Shown here: in pieces, positions 37,660 through 45,875 of the stretch
Layout: each line of letters starts with the position of its first letter
Numbering within the stretch: position 1 is the first letter of the stretch
Assembly: GCA_963930185.1 (NCBI GenBank)
Contig: CAWVLT010000047.1
Location: 2,134 to 66,133, forward strand
From: Coriobacteriia bacterium
GTDB taxonomy: Bacteria; Actinomycetota; Coriobacteriia; Coriobacteriales; UMGS124
Reading direction: 5' to 3'
DNA: 64,000 bases
The notes under the pieces: generated by a model
Told to the model about the DNA's origin: nothing
The model's database searches: none
What the model saw: only the letters and a program-made list of their open reading frames with translations
Program-made: the position numbers and the translations under genes

Positions 37660-38559
37660 CTACAGCAGCGCGGCCACCTCGCCCAGCACCGGCTCGAACG
37701 ACACGCCGCGCATCTGGTAGTCGGGCTGGTAGCGGGTGATCTCCATGGCGTGGCGCACGAACTCGCCGGCGAAGCGCACGGCCTCGACCAGGTCCTTGCC
37801 CGCCATGATGGCGGCCGTGAGGCCCGAGGCGTACAGGTCGCCCGTCCCGTGCAGCATGTAGGGCAGCTTGTCGTGGGCCACGCAGGTCATGTCCAGATTG
37901 GCGCCGGCCACGTAGTTGCGCAGCTTGCCGTCGCCGCGATCGATGCCCTTGAGCACCACGTTCTTGGCGCCCATGGCAAGCAGCCTGTCGACGATGGCGC
38001 GCACGGTGTCATCGTCGATGCCCTGGCCGGGGTACTCGGTGCCGGTAAGGATGCTCGCCTCGGTGATGTTGGGCGTAAGCACGTCGGCGCCGTCGGTGAG
38101 CCCGCCCATGGCCTGGCAGAGCTCGGGGGTGTAGGTGGGGTAGATCTTGCCGGCGTCGCCCATCACGGGATCAACCACGCGCAGGGCGCCGGGGTACTCG
38201 GCGTACAGCCGCTGGATGATGGCGACCTGCTCGGCCGAGCCGAGGAATCCCGAGTACACGGCGTCAAGCTCCACGCCGATGGCTTTCCAGGCGTCGAGGT
38301 AGCCGGCCAGGATGTCGGTGGTGTCGTGCATCGTGAAGGTGGGGTAGAGCGTGTGCGACGAAAAGAGCGACGTGGGGACAGGGCACACGTCGCATCCTCC
38401 GGCCGACAGGACCGGGATGGCAACGGTGAGTGAGCACTTGCCATACCCGCACATGTCGTGCACGGCGGCGACGCGGGGGATGTAGTGCTCGGGGCGTTCG
38501 TACAGGATGACCGCGGGGCGATCGCAGGTCTCGCGGGTGTTTTCGGCCGAATCGCTCAT
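37660..38559 (-). CDS. pdxK: Pyridoxal/pyridoxamine kinase (ribokinase-like PdxK/PdxY family)
   Basis: ORF trimmed to ATG 38559 behind AAGGAGAGAG. VAAVHDMCGYGKCSLTVAIPVLSA, VDPVMGDAGKIY, HGTGDLYAS. Confidence 0.7.
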   Translation of the reverse strand: MSDSAENTRETCDRPAVILYERPEHYIPRVAAVHDMCGYGKCSLTVAIPVLSAGGCDVCPVPTSLFSSHTLYPTFTMHDTTDILAGYLDAWKAIGVELDAVYSGFLGSAEQVAIIQRLYAEYPGALRVVDPVMGDAGKIYPTYTPELCQAMGGLTDGADVLTPNITEASILTGTEYPGQGIDDDTVRAIVDRLLAMGAKNVVLKGIDRGDGKLRNYVAGANLDMTCVAHDKLPYMLHGTGDLYASGLTAAIMAGKDLVEAVRFAGEFVRHAMEITRYQPDYQMRGVSFEPVLGEVAALL

Positions 38560-38930
38560 GATCTCTCTCCTTAGTCGTGCGTTCGGACGGTGCTTTGGCC
38601 GGGGCATGGCCCAAGGTGGGCCGTGCGGCTTGCGAGTTGCGCCCGAGACGCTGGAACAGTGAGCACACCGTGCCATCCTAGGCTGCAAGTGTTTCGCGCG
38701 GTCGCTCGTTGCGCGCAAAGCTCCGAAAACACGAATGCGCCACGTTGTGAGAGTCGCGCTGCGAGCCGCTGTCTTGTTGGTCGCCGTGCTGGGCCGCCGC
38801 GCCGCCGGGCGCCATGCCGGGGCCGTCGGGACGGGGCGGTTTGCGTGACACGTCCTGCCCGCAACGGGTACACTGCATCTTGCGGCGCGGGCGCGCGCCT
38901 GGTCATCTACAAGCGAGGATAGGAGCTCCC

Positions 38931-39140
38931 ATGAGCAACAAGGGCAAGAGGGTCAAGGTCCACTACGTCGGCACGCTCGACGACGGCACCCAGTTCGACA
39001 GCTCCCGCGATCGCGGCGAGCCCATCGAGTTCACCTGCATGGCGCGGCAGATGATCCCCGGCTTCGACCGCGCGGTCGAGGAGATGCAGGTTGGCGAGGT
39101 CCGCGACATCCACCTGGAGCCCAAGGACGCCTACGGCGAG
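38931..39140 (+). repeat. Direct repeat copy 1 (FKBP 5' half)
   Basis: Hand alignment with 41728..: 105 of the first 120 nt are identical. Confidence 0.8.
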
Positions 39141-39452
39141 CGCGACCCCAAGAAGACCGTGCGCGTGGACACGGGCGAGTACCTCTACTTCTACGACGAG
39201 AACGACAAGCCCATCTCCATGACCCTCAAGACGGCCGAGCACGGCAAGGCGCATTTCATCGGCACCAAGGACCCCGGGCGCGTGATCGACGTCGCGGTGG
39301 GGGAGGTCCACAAGATCATCGCCCGCACGCACGGCAAGGCCGAGGTGCCGGTGATCGCCGCCAAGAACGGCAAGGTCGACTTCGACGTGAACCGTCGCCT
39401 TGCCGGCAAGGCGCTGAACTTCAACATCGAGCTTCTCGAGGTGGAGGAGTAG
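38931..39452 (+). CDS. FKBP-type peptidyl-prolyl isomerase, SlyD-like, divergent paralogue with enlarged insert-in-flap region
   Basis: ORF trimmed to ATG 38931. KVHYVGTLDDGTQFDSSRDRGEPIEFTCMARQMIPGFDRAVEEMQVGE; C-terminus LAGKALNFNIELLEVEE. Confidence 0.85.
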   Translation: MSNKGKRVKVHYVGTLDDGTQFDSSRDRGEPIEFTCMARQMIPGFDRAVEEMQVGEVRDIHLEPKDAYGERDPKKTVRVDTGEYLYFYDENDKPISMTLKTAEHGKAHFIGTKDPGRVIDVAVGEVHKIIARTHGKAEVPVIAAKNGKVDFDVNRRLAGKALNFNIELLEVEE

Positions 39453-39556
39453 AAGGGCGAGCTGGTGGGCTGCCTGACTGGGGCGGCGAGTCACTTGGCG
39501 ATCAGCCAGACAGGCGGGCGCCACGCGGCGTGAGGGCATGACGGGAGGTCGACAGC

Positions 39557-41563
39557 ATGGCCGAGATCATCACTAGGCGCCTTAGGAAGGCCAGGGGTGC
39601 GGCCGCGCGCTGGGCCCTGTATGCCGCGAAGGCCGCCCTTCTGGTTGGGGTCTTATATGCCCTGGGGCATTATGCCGGCACGCTGCCGCCGGCCGTCATC
39701 GCCGTGGCATGGGCCGTGCTGAGCGCCGCCTCGATGCTGGGCATGGCCTACCACCACGTGGTGAGAAAGACGCTCAAGCAGTACGCCTACGAGGCTGACG
39801 GCCGCCTCTCGAAGCTCAACAACGGCCGCTCGGTGTGCCTCATCGTGGCGTTTCTCGTCTCGGCGGTCTTCGTCGCGAGTCTTATGCTCGAAGTCCCGAA
39901 ATGGGGCGCGCTCGAATGGGGCATCACCGGTGCGGGTGCGCTGGCGTACCCGCTCGTGTTCCTGCTCGCCCGTCGGCTCCTGAGGGGCGAGTATCGGCCG
40001 GCGTTTCGCGCCTCGAAGGCGGTGTGGTGGAGCACCCTAGTCGTGGGGGCCCTTCTCTGCGCCGCCTATCTGGCGACCTGTCTCACCCAGCCAGCGGGGG
40101 AGTTCGACAGCGCGGCGGAGGCCTTCGACTCGGTCGCGCGGCCCTTTGAGGGCTCCCCGTCGGCGCTCATGCGCGAGGCCGACCTGCTTACGGCGTTCGG
40201 CGACGGCCTCGTGGCCTTTGGCATCTCGAAGGCCGCCGAGACGTCGGGCGCGCTGTATGTCGTGCTGAGGGTCGCGCTGGGCGCCTCCGCGTTTTTCGGT
40301 GTCGCGAGTCTGCTGGGCGTGTGCGCCCTTGGGTGGCCCGAGCTCAGGCGCGTATTCCTTCCGCTTGAGTCGGGCGTGGACGATGGCGAGGGGCTGTCGG
40401 CGCAGGCGGCGGGCGTTGACGCGGGCGAGCGTGTTGACGCGGGCGAGCGCGCTGACGCGGGTGCGGGCGCGGACACTGGTGCGGGCGCCGATGGGGACGT
40501 GCGCGCCGATGTGGGTACCGCCGGCGCCGGCCGCGCCCTCCTGAAGGGCAGCGTGGCCCTTGTCGTCGCGCTGCCCGTCGTGCTGGCCGCGTCATTTCTG
40601 GTCGCGGACGCCACTGCCGCCAGGCTCGAGCAGGCCGAGGAGTACACTGTCGCCGAGCGCTTCGTGCGCGACCAGGTGGGCCTGGCCGTGTTCGTCCTCG
40701 ACGGCAAATACTACGACCAGGCGGCGGCCGAGGCCCTGCTCGCCGAGGCGCAGGAGGAGTCGGCGGCCCTCGCCGAGGAGGCCACCGCGACGCTCGCCCC
40801 GCTTATCAACGCGTCCTTTGACGCCCGCCTGGCCAACGTGGACGGGTATCTGGACTGGTACTACAGCCTTTTCGCCGACTACGAGCGGCTTCTCACCATG
40901 ATCACCGGCACGGTCGAGGACTACATGGCCGACCAGTTCGTCGCGAACATCGAGAAGGGCGTTGACGACACGGCGCTCGAGAGTGCGCTCCAGGGCTATG
41001 TCGAGCAGGCCGCCGCACTCAAGGAGGACGTGACGCAGCGCCTCGCCCAGCTCGAGATAACGGGCGTTCCCGAATGGCTTCTCACCGAGCAGGCCCCGCT
41101 CGATGCGGACTTCATGACCACGACCCTCGAGCCGAGCGAGCGCATCCTGAGCACGGGCGAGCGCTTTGGCATCAGCGCAGGCGCCGGTGCCGCTGCGGGC
41201 GTTGCGACCAAGCACCTCACAGGCACCGTTACCAATCGCTTCGCGAGTGCCGTTAGCGAGCGTCTCGAATCCAAGGCTGTCGAGAAGGAGTTCTTTAAGA
41301 AGTTCGTCTCAAAGGTGGCGGGCATTGTGGGCGGCCGCGCGGCGGGGACGGCCGTGGGCGGCGCCGTGGGGACGATCGCCGGCCCACTCGGGACAGCCGT
41401 GGGCGCCGTCGCGGGAACCGCCATCGGGGTGGGGGTCGATTACGGCATGCTCAAGTTCGACGAGTGGCGCAACCGCGAGTCGTACCGGGAGGAGATCGTC
41501 CAGACGATCGAGGACGAACGTGCGGAGATGCTCGCCGCGGTGCAGGGAGAGCAGACGCAGTAG
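39557..41563 (+). CDS. Hypothetical membrane protein: N-terminal TM bundle, low-complexity repeats, coiled-coil region, C-terminal glycine-zipper
   Basis: 5-6 N-terminal helices. VDAGER/ADAGAG hexapeptide repeats. Ala/Glu-rich helical stretch. GRAAGTAVGGAVGTIAGPLGTAVGAVAGTAIGVGV near the C-terminus. Confidence 0.6.
   Translation: MAEIITRRLRKARGAAARWALYAAKAALLVGVLYALGHYAGTLPPAVIAVAWAVLSAASMLGMAYHHVVRKTLKQYAYEADGRLSKLNNGRSVCLIVAFLVSAVFVASLMLEVPKWGALEWGITGAGALAYPLVFLLARRLLRGEYRPAFRASKAVWWSTLVVGALLCAAYLATCLTQPAGEFDSAAEAFDSVARPFEGSPSALMREADLLTAFGDGLVAFGISKAAETSGALYVVLRVALGASAFFGVASLLGVCALGWPELRRVFLPLESGVDDGEGLSAQAAGVDAGERVDAGERADAGAGADTGAGADGDVRADVGTAGAGRALLKGSVALVVALPVVLAASFLVADATAARLEQAEEYTVAERFVRDQVGLAVFVLDGKYYDQAAAEALLAEAQEESAALAEEATATLAPLINASFDARLANVDGYLDWYYSLFADYERLLTMITGTVEDYMADQFVANIEKGVDDTALESALQGYVEQAAALKEDVTQRLAQLEITGVPEWLLTEQAPLDADFMTTTLEPSERILSTGERFGISAGAGAAAGVATKHLTGTVTNRFASAVSERLESKAVEKEFFKKFVSKVAGIVGGRAAGTAVGGAVGTIAGPLGTAVGAVAGTAIGVGVDYGMLKFDEWRNRESYREEIVQTIEDERAEMLAAVQGEQTQ
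40415..40522 (+). repeat. Imperfect 18-nt tandem repeat (about 6 units) inside the CDS
   Basis: GTTGACGCGGGCGAGCGT / GTTGACGCGGGCGAGCGC / GCTGACGCGGGTGCGGGC / GCGGACACTGGTGCGGGC ... Confidence 0.75.
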
Positions 41564-41727
41564 GCCCGGTGGGCGGCGGGCCTGCGGAGGAGGCACGCGC
41601 CTTCGCATCGCCATTTCGCGCGCCGCCTCGCCAAAACCTGCCGAAGAGCGCTACACTTGTGCGCCGACGCACGACAGGCGCGCTGGCGCCAGACCCTATC
41701 AGCGTATTCGCGACGAAAGGACGCATC

Positions 41728-41937
41728 GTGAGCAACAAGGGCAAGAAGGTCAAGGTCCACTACACTGGCACGCTCGACGACGGCACCAAGTTCGACAGCT
41801 CCCGCGACCGTGGCAAGCCGATCGAGTTCACCTGTGGGGCTGGGCAGATGATCCCCGGCTTCGACCGAGCGGTGGACGAGATGCAGGTCGGCGAGGTGCG
41901 CGACGTGCACCTGGAGCCCAAGGACGCCTACGGCGAG
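41728..41937 (+). repeat. Direct repeat copy 2 (FKBP 5' half)
   Basis: See copy 1. The last ~50 nt of both genes are also near-identical. Confidence 0.8.
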
Positions 41938-42123
41938 CCCAACCCCGCCATGATGCTCAACGCCAAGGTGGGCCAGAAGCTCTACGTGTTCATGGGCAAT
42001 CGCCCTGTGCCGGTGACCATCACCAAGGCCGAGGGCGGCGAGGTCACCCTCGACGCCAACCACGAGCTCGCCGGCAAGGCGCTCAACTTCAACATCGAGC
42101 TCGTCGAGGTGGAGGGCGAGTAG
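41728..42123 (+). CDS. FKBP-type peptidyl-prolyl isomerase, compact SlyD-like
   Basis: GTG 41728. KVHYTGTLDDGTKFDSSRDRGKPIEFTCGAGQMIPGFDRAVDEMQVGE ... LAGKALNFNIELVEVEGE. Confidence 0.85.
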   Translation: MSNKGKKVKVHYTGTLDDGTKFDSSRDRGKPIEFTCGAGQMIPGFDRAVDEMQVGEVRDVHLEPKDAYGEPNPAMMLNAKVGQKLYVFMGNRPVPVTITKAEGGEVTLDANHELAGKALNFNIELVEVEGE

Positions 42124-42350
42124 CCGCTCGCCAGTCGGGGATACCCGTCGCTCGGAATCGCTCGCTGTTTGGGCCGTCAGGCGTGCCGTTTGCGTCGGAC
42201 GGTCCTTTTCGTATGCACCGTGCGCTATGCTTGCACCGAAGGGTTGCGCTGCGAACGCACCGCCTGCGTGAAAGGAAGTGTGCCATGTTTGGCAAGACAA
42301 AGGGCAACAGGACGCACAGTGACGTTCAGGCATACGAAGAGGAGGCCTTT

Positions 42351-42590
42351 ATGCTGCATGATGACGATCTCGGTGCAGTTTCTGGTGGAATTTCCCAGGG
42401 CGGGAGCGAGAAGTGCCCCCAGTGCGGGCAGCCGCTGCTGTTCAGCGGCGACCCCAACGGCTCGTGGCTCAAGCGCTGCATGGCGTGCGGGTACACGTGG
42501 AACTCCTTCCAGGAGGAGGAGAAGAACGCGAGCACGCCGTCGACCTCCGGAGATGCGTCCTTCTGGTATGACTTGGCTGGCCGGTTGTGA
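42351..42590 (+). CDS. Small Cys-rich peptide with double-glycine-type leader and CxxC...CxxC zinc-ribbon core (79 aa; alternative start 42295 gives 98 aa)
   Basis: ATG 42351 lies 5 nt after AAGAGGAGG. MLHDDDLGAVSGG then ISQGGSEKCPQCGQ...KRCMACGYTW. A terminator lies downstream at 42671..42732. Confidence 0.55.
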   Translation: MLHDDDLGAVSGGISQGGSEKCPQCGQPLLFSGDPNGSWLKRCMACGYTWNSFQEEEKNASTPSTSGDASFWYDLAGRL

Positions 42591-42670
42591 TCTAACCGGG
42601 CGTGCTCTGGCCAGGTGCGACGTGCGGTAGGTGCGGCTTCGTGCTCGCCCTTGCTTGCACTTTTTAAGGG

Positions 42671-42732
42671 CCGTGCCCTTTCGGATGCCTGAGGTGAGCG
42701 GCAGCACCTCGTCCGGAAGGGCACGGTTTTTT
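42671..42732 (+). terminator. Rho-independent terminator after the small peptide gene
   Basis: CCGTGCCCTTTCGG ... CCGGAAGGGCACGG, with an inner GAGGTG/CACCTC stem, followed by TTTTTTGTTT. Confidence 0.7.
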
Positions 42733-42887
42733 GTTTGGATGATATCGCGGATTCTGCACCTATTTCGCCTATTGAATATCACAAATTTTGTACCTATACT
42801 GCTTGTTAGATATCGCGGATTTTGGACAAACTTGCTGGTTATAGTAATAGTTTTAGAAGATTCGCAAATTATGGGTACGGTGGGCGT

Positions 42888-44258
42888 ATGTTTAGACGTA
42901 AGTGCTATGACAGATTGCTCGAGTGGAAACGTCTCTCTCATGGAACGAGCGCCATGCTCATAGAGGGTGCTCGTCGTGTGGGCAAGACCACGCTCGTGCG
43001 CGAGTTCGCGAAGAACGAATACGCCGACTTCCTTTATATAGACTTCTCCATGGTTGGAAACGACACCCTCGAGCTGTTCCGCAGCCAAAGGGAAGACATA
43101 GACACATTCCTGCGCATGCTTCAGCTTGCGTATGGGAAACGGCTTGAGGAGCGCAACAGCGTCGTCATCTTCGACGAGGTGCAGCGCTTCCCCCTTGCCC
43201 GCGAGTACGTGAAGCATCTCGTTGCCGATGGCCGGTTCGACTACATCGAAACGGGGTCGCTCATATCGATCAGGAAGAATGTTGAGGACATCGTGATTCC
43301 ATCTGAGGAGGACCGTCTCCCCCTTAATCCGATGGACTTCGAGGAATACCTCTGGGCGTGCGGGCAGGATGTGTATGCCGATGCCATACGCCAGGCATAC
43401 GAGGATCTGATGCCCTTGCCTGATGGCGTGCATGCAAAGGTCATGCGCCTGTTCGACGAGTACATGCTTGTGGGGGGAATGCCCCAATCGGTTGAGGCGT
43501 TCATCGAGACGAAAGACTTTGTCGCATGCGACAGGGCGAAGCGGAGGATTCTCAACCTATATCTTGACGACATGGTCAAATTCGGCGGGAGCGAGGCGCG
43601 CCGCGCGCGTGCTATCTTTCAGGCGATTCCAGGTCAGCTCTCGGCCGTATCCAAGAGATTCAAGTTCTCTGCTCTTGAGGCGGCCGAACGCTTTGAGGAT
43701 AACAAGACGGCCCTTGACTGGCTCGAAGATGCGCACATGGCAAACGTGTGCCGACTATGCACGGATCCAAACGTGGGACTACGCCTCGGCGAAGAGGTCA
43801 GCTCACTGAAATGCTACATGGCCGACACCGGGCTGTTGGTTTCTCATGCGTTCGCCGATGGGCCCCGGGCAATGGAGGTGCATCGCGACATCCAGTTTGG
43901 CAGGGTGTCCGTGAACAGGGGTATGCTGGTCGAAAACGTCGTTGCTCAGCAGCTAAAGGCCACAGGCCATTCTCTGTTCTACCACTCGTGGAATGAGGAC
44001 GGAGAGTCGCCCGGTGCCCGGCCACGTCCACGAGAGATCGACTTCCTGATTACGAGGGGCTTCTCGGGTGCGGCGGGGAAATTGAGGATTTGCCCAATCG
44101 AGGTGAAGTCCTCCAAGAGCTACCGGACCGTGTCGCTTGATGACTTCGGAAGGCGTTTTTTCAGACGTGTCGGAGACGAGGTCGTTCTCCATCCCAAGCA
44201 GCTCAGGGTGGAAGGATCGCGCCGATATCTGCCGCTTTACATGGCGCACTGCTTGTGA
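42888..44258 (+). CDS. AAA (AAA_14) + DUF4143-type ATPase of unknown function
   Basis: ORF 42822..44258 trimmed to ATG 42888. MLIEGARRVGKTTL P-loop; VVIFDEVQ Walker B; C-terminal REIDFLI..KLRICPIEVKSS. Confidence 0.75.
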   Translation: MFRRKCYDRLLEWKRLSHGTSAMLIEGARRVGKTTLVREFAKNEYADFLYIDFSMVGNDTLELFRSQREDIDTFLRMLQLAYGKRLEERNSVVIFDEVQRFPLAREYVKHLVADGRFDYIETGSLISIRKNVEDIVIPSEEDRLPLNPMDFEEYLWACGQDVYADAIRQAYEDLMPLPDGVHAKVMRLFDEYMLVGGMPQSVEAFIETKDFVACDRAKRRILNLYLDDMVKFGGSEARRARAIFQAIPGQLSAVSKRFKFSALEAAERFEDNKTALDWLEDAHMANVCRLCTDPNVGLRLGEEVSSLKCYMADTGLLVSHAFADGPRAMEVHRDIQFGRVSVNRGMLVENVVAQQLKATGHSLFYHSWNEDGESPGARPRPREIDFLITRGFSGAAGKLRICPIEVKSSKSYRTVSLDDFGRRFFRRVGDEVVLHPKQLRVEGSRRYLPLYMAHCL

Positions 44259-44480
44259 GGCGCGTCGGGGCGGTGACCGCCCTCGTCGTCCCAAATCCGA
44301 GTGCTTTCGCGGAGTTCTCTCGCGCCTCGCGTCCCGCGCGAACCGCTGGGCCTGCGTCTTGCTATCATCGTGCGCGTGCCCGTTCGTGCGCCGCGCGTCT
44401 CGTCGTGCCGCGCGCGGGCGGGTGCTCGACTGGCTGCCGCCCCGCTTGGGGACGCCGAGAGGAAGAGGATTCGAGGCCCC

Positions 44481-45821
44481 ATGATCGCACAGCGCATGCT
44501 TTCCACCGTGGTGCAGCTGCTCGGCAACAAGTACTTCAAGCTCGAGCCGACCGCCGACGCGCGCATCCCCGGCCCCCAGCCCGGCCACAAGTACATGCTC
44601 TACATGCACGTGCCGTTCTGCGAGGTGCTGTGCCCGTACTGCTCGTTCAACCGCTTCCCCTTCAGCTCCGAGCGCGCCGTGCCCTACTTCGAGCACATGC
44701 GCGAGGAGATGCGCATGCTGGCCGACATGGGCTACGAGTTCCACGAGGTCTACGTGGGCGGCGGCACCCCCACGGTCATGATGGACGAGCTTGCCAAGAC
44801 CATCGGCCTGGCCCGCGAGCTCTTTCCCATGATCGGTGACGTGTCAAGCGAGACCAACCCCAACCACCTGGTGCCTGGCTATCTCGAGGATCTCTCGAGC
44901 CTGGTGCAGCGCCTGTCGGTGGGCGTGCAGAGCTTCGACAACGGCCTGCTCAAGAAGATGGCGCGCTACAACAAGTACGGCAGCGCCGAGCAGATCATGG
45001 AGCGCATTCAGTCGGTGGCGCAGGCAAAGCTCTTTAAGTCGCTCAACGTGGACATGATCTTCAACTTCCCCGGCCAGACGCCCGAGATGATCGAGCACGA
45101 CATCGCCTGCGTCAAGGCGAGCGGTGCCAACCAGACCACGTTCTACCCGCTCATGGTCTCCCCGGCCAGCCGCGCCAGCATCGAGAAGACCGTGGGCAAG
45201 GTTGACTACAAAAACGAGGAGCGCTTCTATCACCAGATCTATGACGGCTTCTGCGGGGGCGACAACCCCGAGTTCCGGCCGAGCAGCTGCTACACGTTCA
45301 GCCGCGAGGAAGGCCAGATGATCGATGAGTACGTCGTGAACTACGAGGAGTACCCGGCCATCGGGTCGGGCGGCATCAGCTACCTGGACGGCACACTCTA
45401 CATCAACAGCTTCAGCCTGCGCGACTACGCGCGGCGCATCGACGAGGGCCACACCAGCGCCATGGCGCGCACGGTGTTCCCCAAGCGCGACGTGATGCGC
45501 TACCGCTTCATGATGGACCTGTTTGGCCTGTCCATCGACAAGCGCGCCTGGAAGGAGCGCTTTGGCTGCTCGGTCGCGGCCGGCCTGCCCGTGGAGTACG
45601 CGTTCATGAAGGTGAACGGCGCCTTCGACCGCGACGATGACGAGATGCTGACCCTCACGCCGCGCGGCCGCTACCTCATGGTGGTCATGATGCGGCAGTT
45701 CTTCATCGGCGTGAACAGCGTGCGCGACCAGGCCCGCGCCGCGCTTCCGGGCGACGAGCACGCGTTGATCTTCGGGGAGTGTCCCAGCGCTGACGGCTGT
45801 CCCGCCGGCGCGCGGCAGTAG
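44481..45821 (+). CDS. Radical SAM enzyme, HemN/HemW-like (coproporphyrinogen III oxidase family)
   Basis: ORF 44301..45821 trimmed to ATG 44481. CEVLCPYC (CxxxCxxC) cluster motif in MLYMHVPFCEVLCPYCSFNRF; VYVGGGTPT; ETNPNHL. No SPASM-like Cys cluster at the C-terminus. Confidence 0.8.
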   Translation: MIAQRMLSTVVQLLGNKYFKLEPTADARIPGPQPGHKYMLYMHVPFCEVLCPYCSFNRFPFSSERAVPYFEHMREEMRMLADMGYEFHEVYVGGGTPTVMMDELAKTIGLARELFPMIGDVSSETNPNHLVPGYLEDLSSLVQRLSVGVQSFDNGLLKKMARYNKYGSAEQIMERIQSVAQAKLFKSLNVDMIFNFPGQTPEMIEHDIACVKASGANQTTFYPLMVSPASRASIEKTVGKVDYKNEERFYHQIYDGFCGGDNPEFRPSSCYTFSREEGQMIDEYVVNYEEYPAIGSGGISYLDGTLYINSFSLRDYARRIDEGHTSAMARTVFPKRDVMRYRFMMDLFGLSIDKRAWKERFGCSVAAGLPVEYAFMKVNGAFDRDDDEMLTLTPRGRYLMVVMMRQFFIGVNSVRDQARAALPGDEHALIFGECPSADGCPAGARQ

Positions 45822-45875
45822 GCTCGCGCAAGCGGGGCGAGGGGCGGCGCAGGGGGCGCGAACGGGGGCGATGCG

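Noticed and set aside
40415-40522. Possible CRISPR-like or minisatellite array
   Set aside because: The units are 18 nt, contiguous with no spacers, in frame inside a CDS, and encode a hexapeptide repeat. Not a CRISPR array.
41166-42294. Long upstream part of the 474-aa ORF 41166..42590
   Set aside because: It runs out of frame through the end of the 668-aa gene and through the second FKBP gene, and has Arg/Pro/Gly shadow composition. Only the last 79-98 codons have an SD, sensible composition and their own terminator.
42225-43487. 420-aa minus-strand ORF
   Set aside because: Antisense to the small peptide gene and the DUF4143 ATPase (P-loop and Walker B present on the plus strand). It crosses a terminator and an AT-rich intergenic region.
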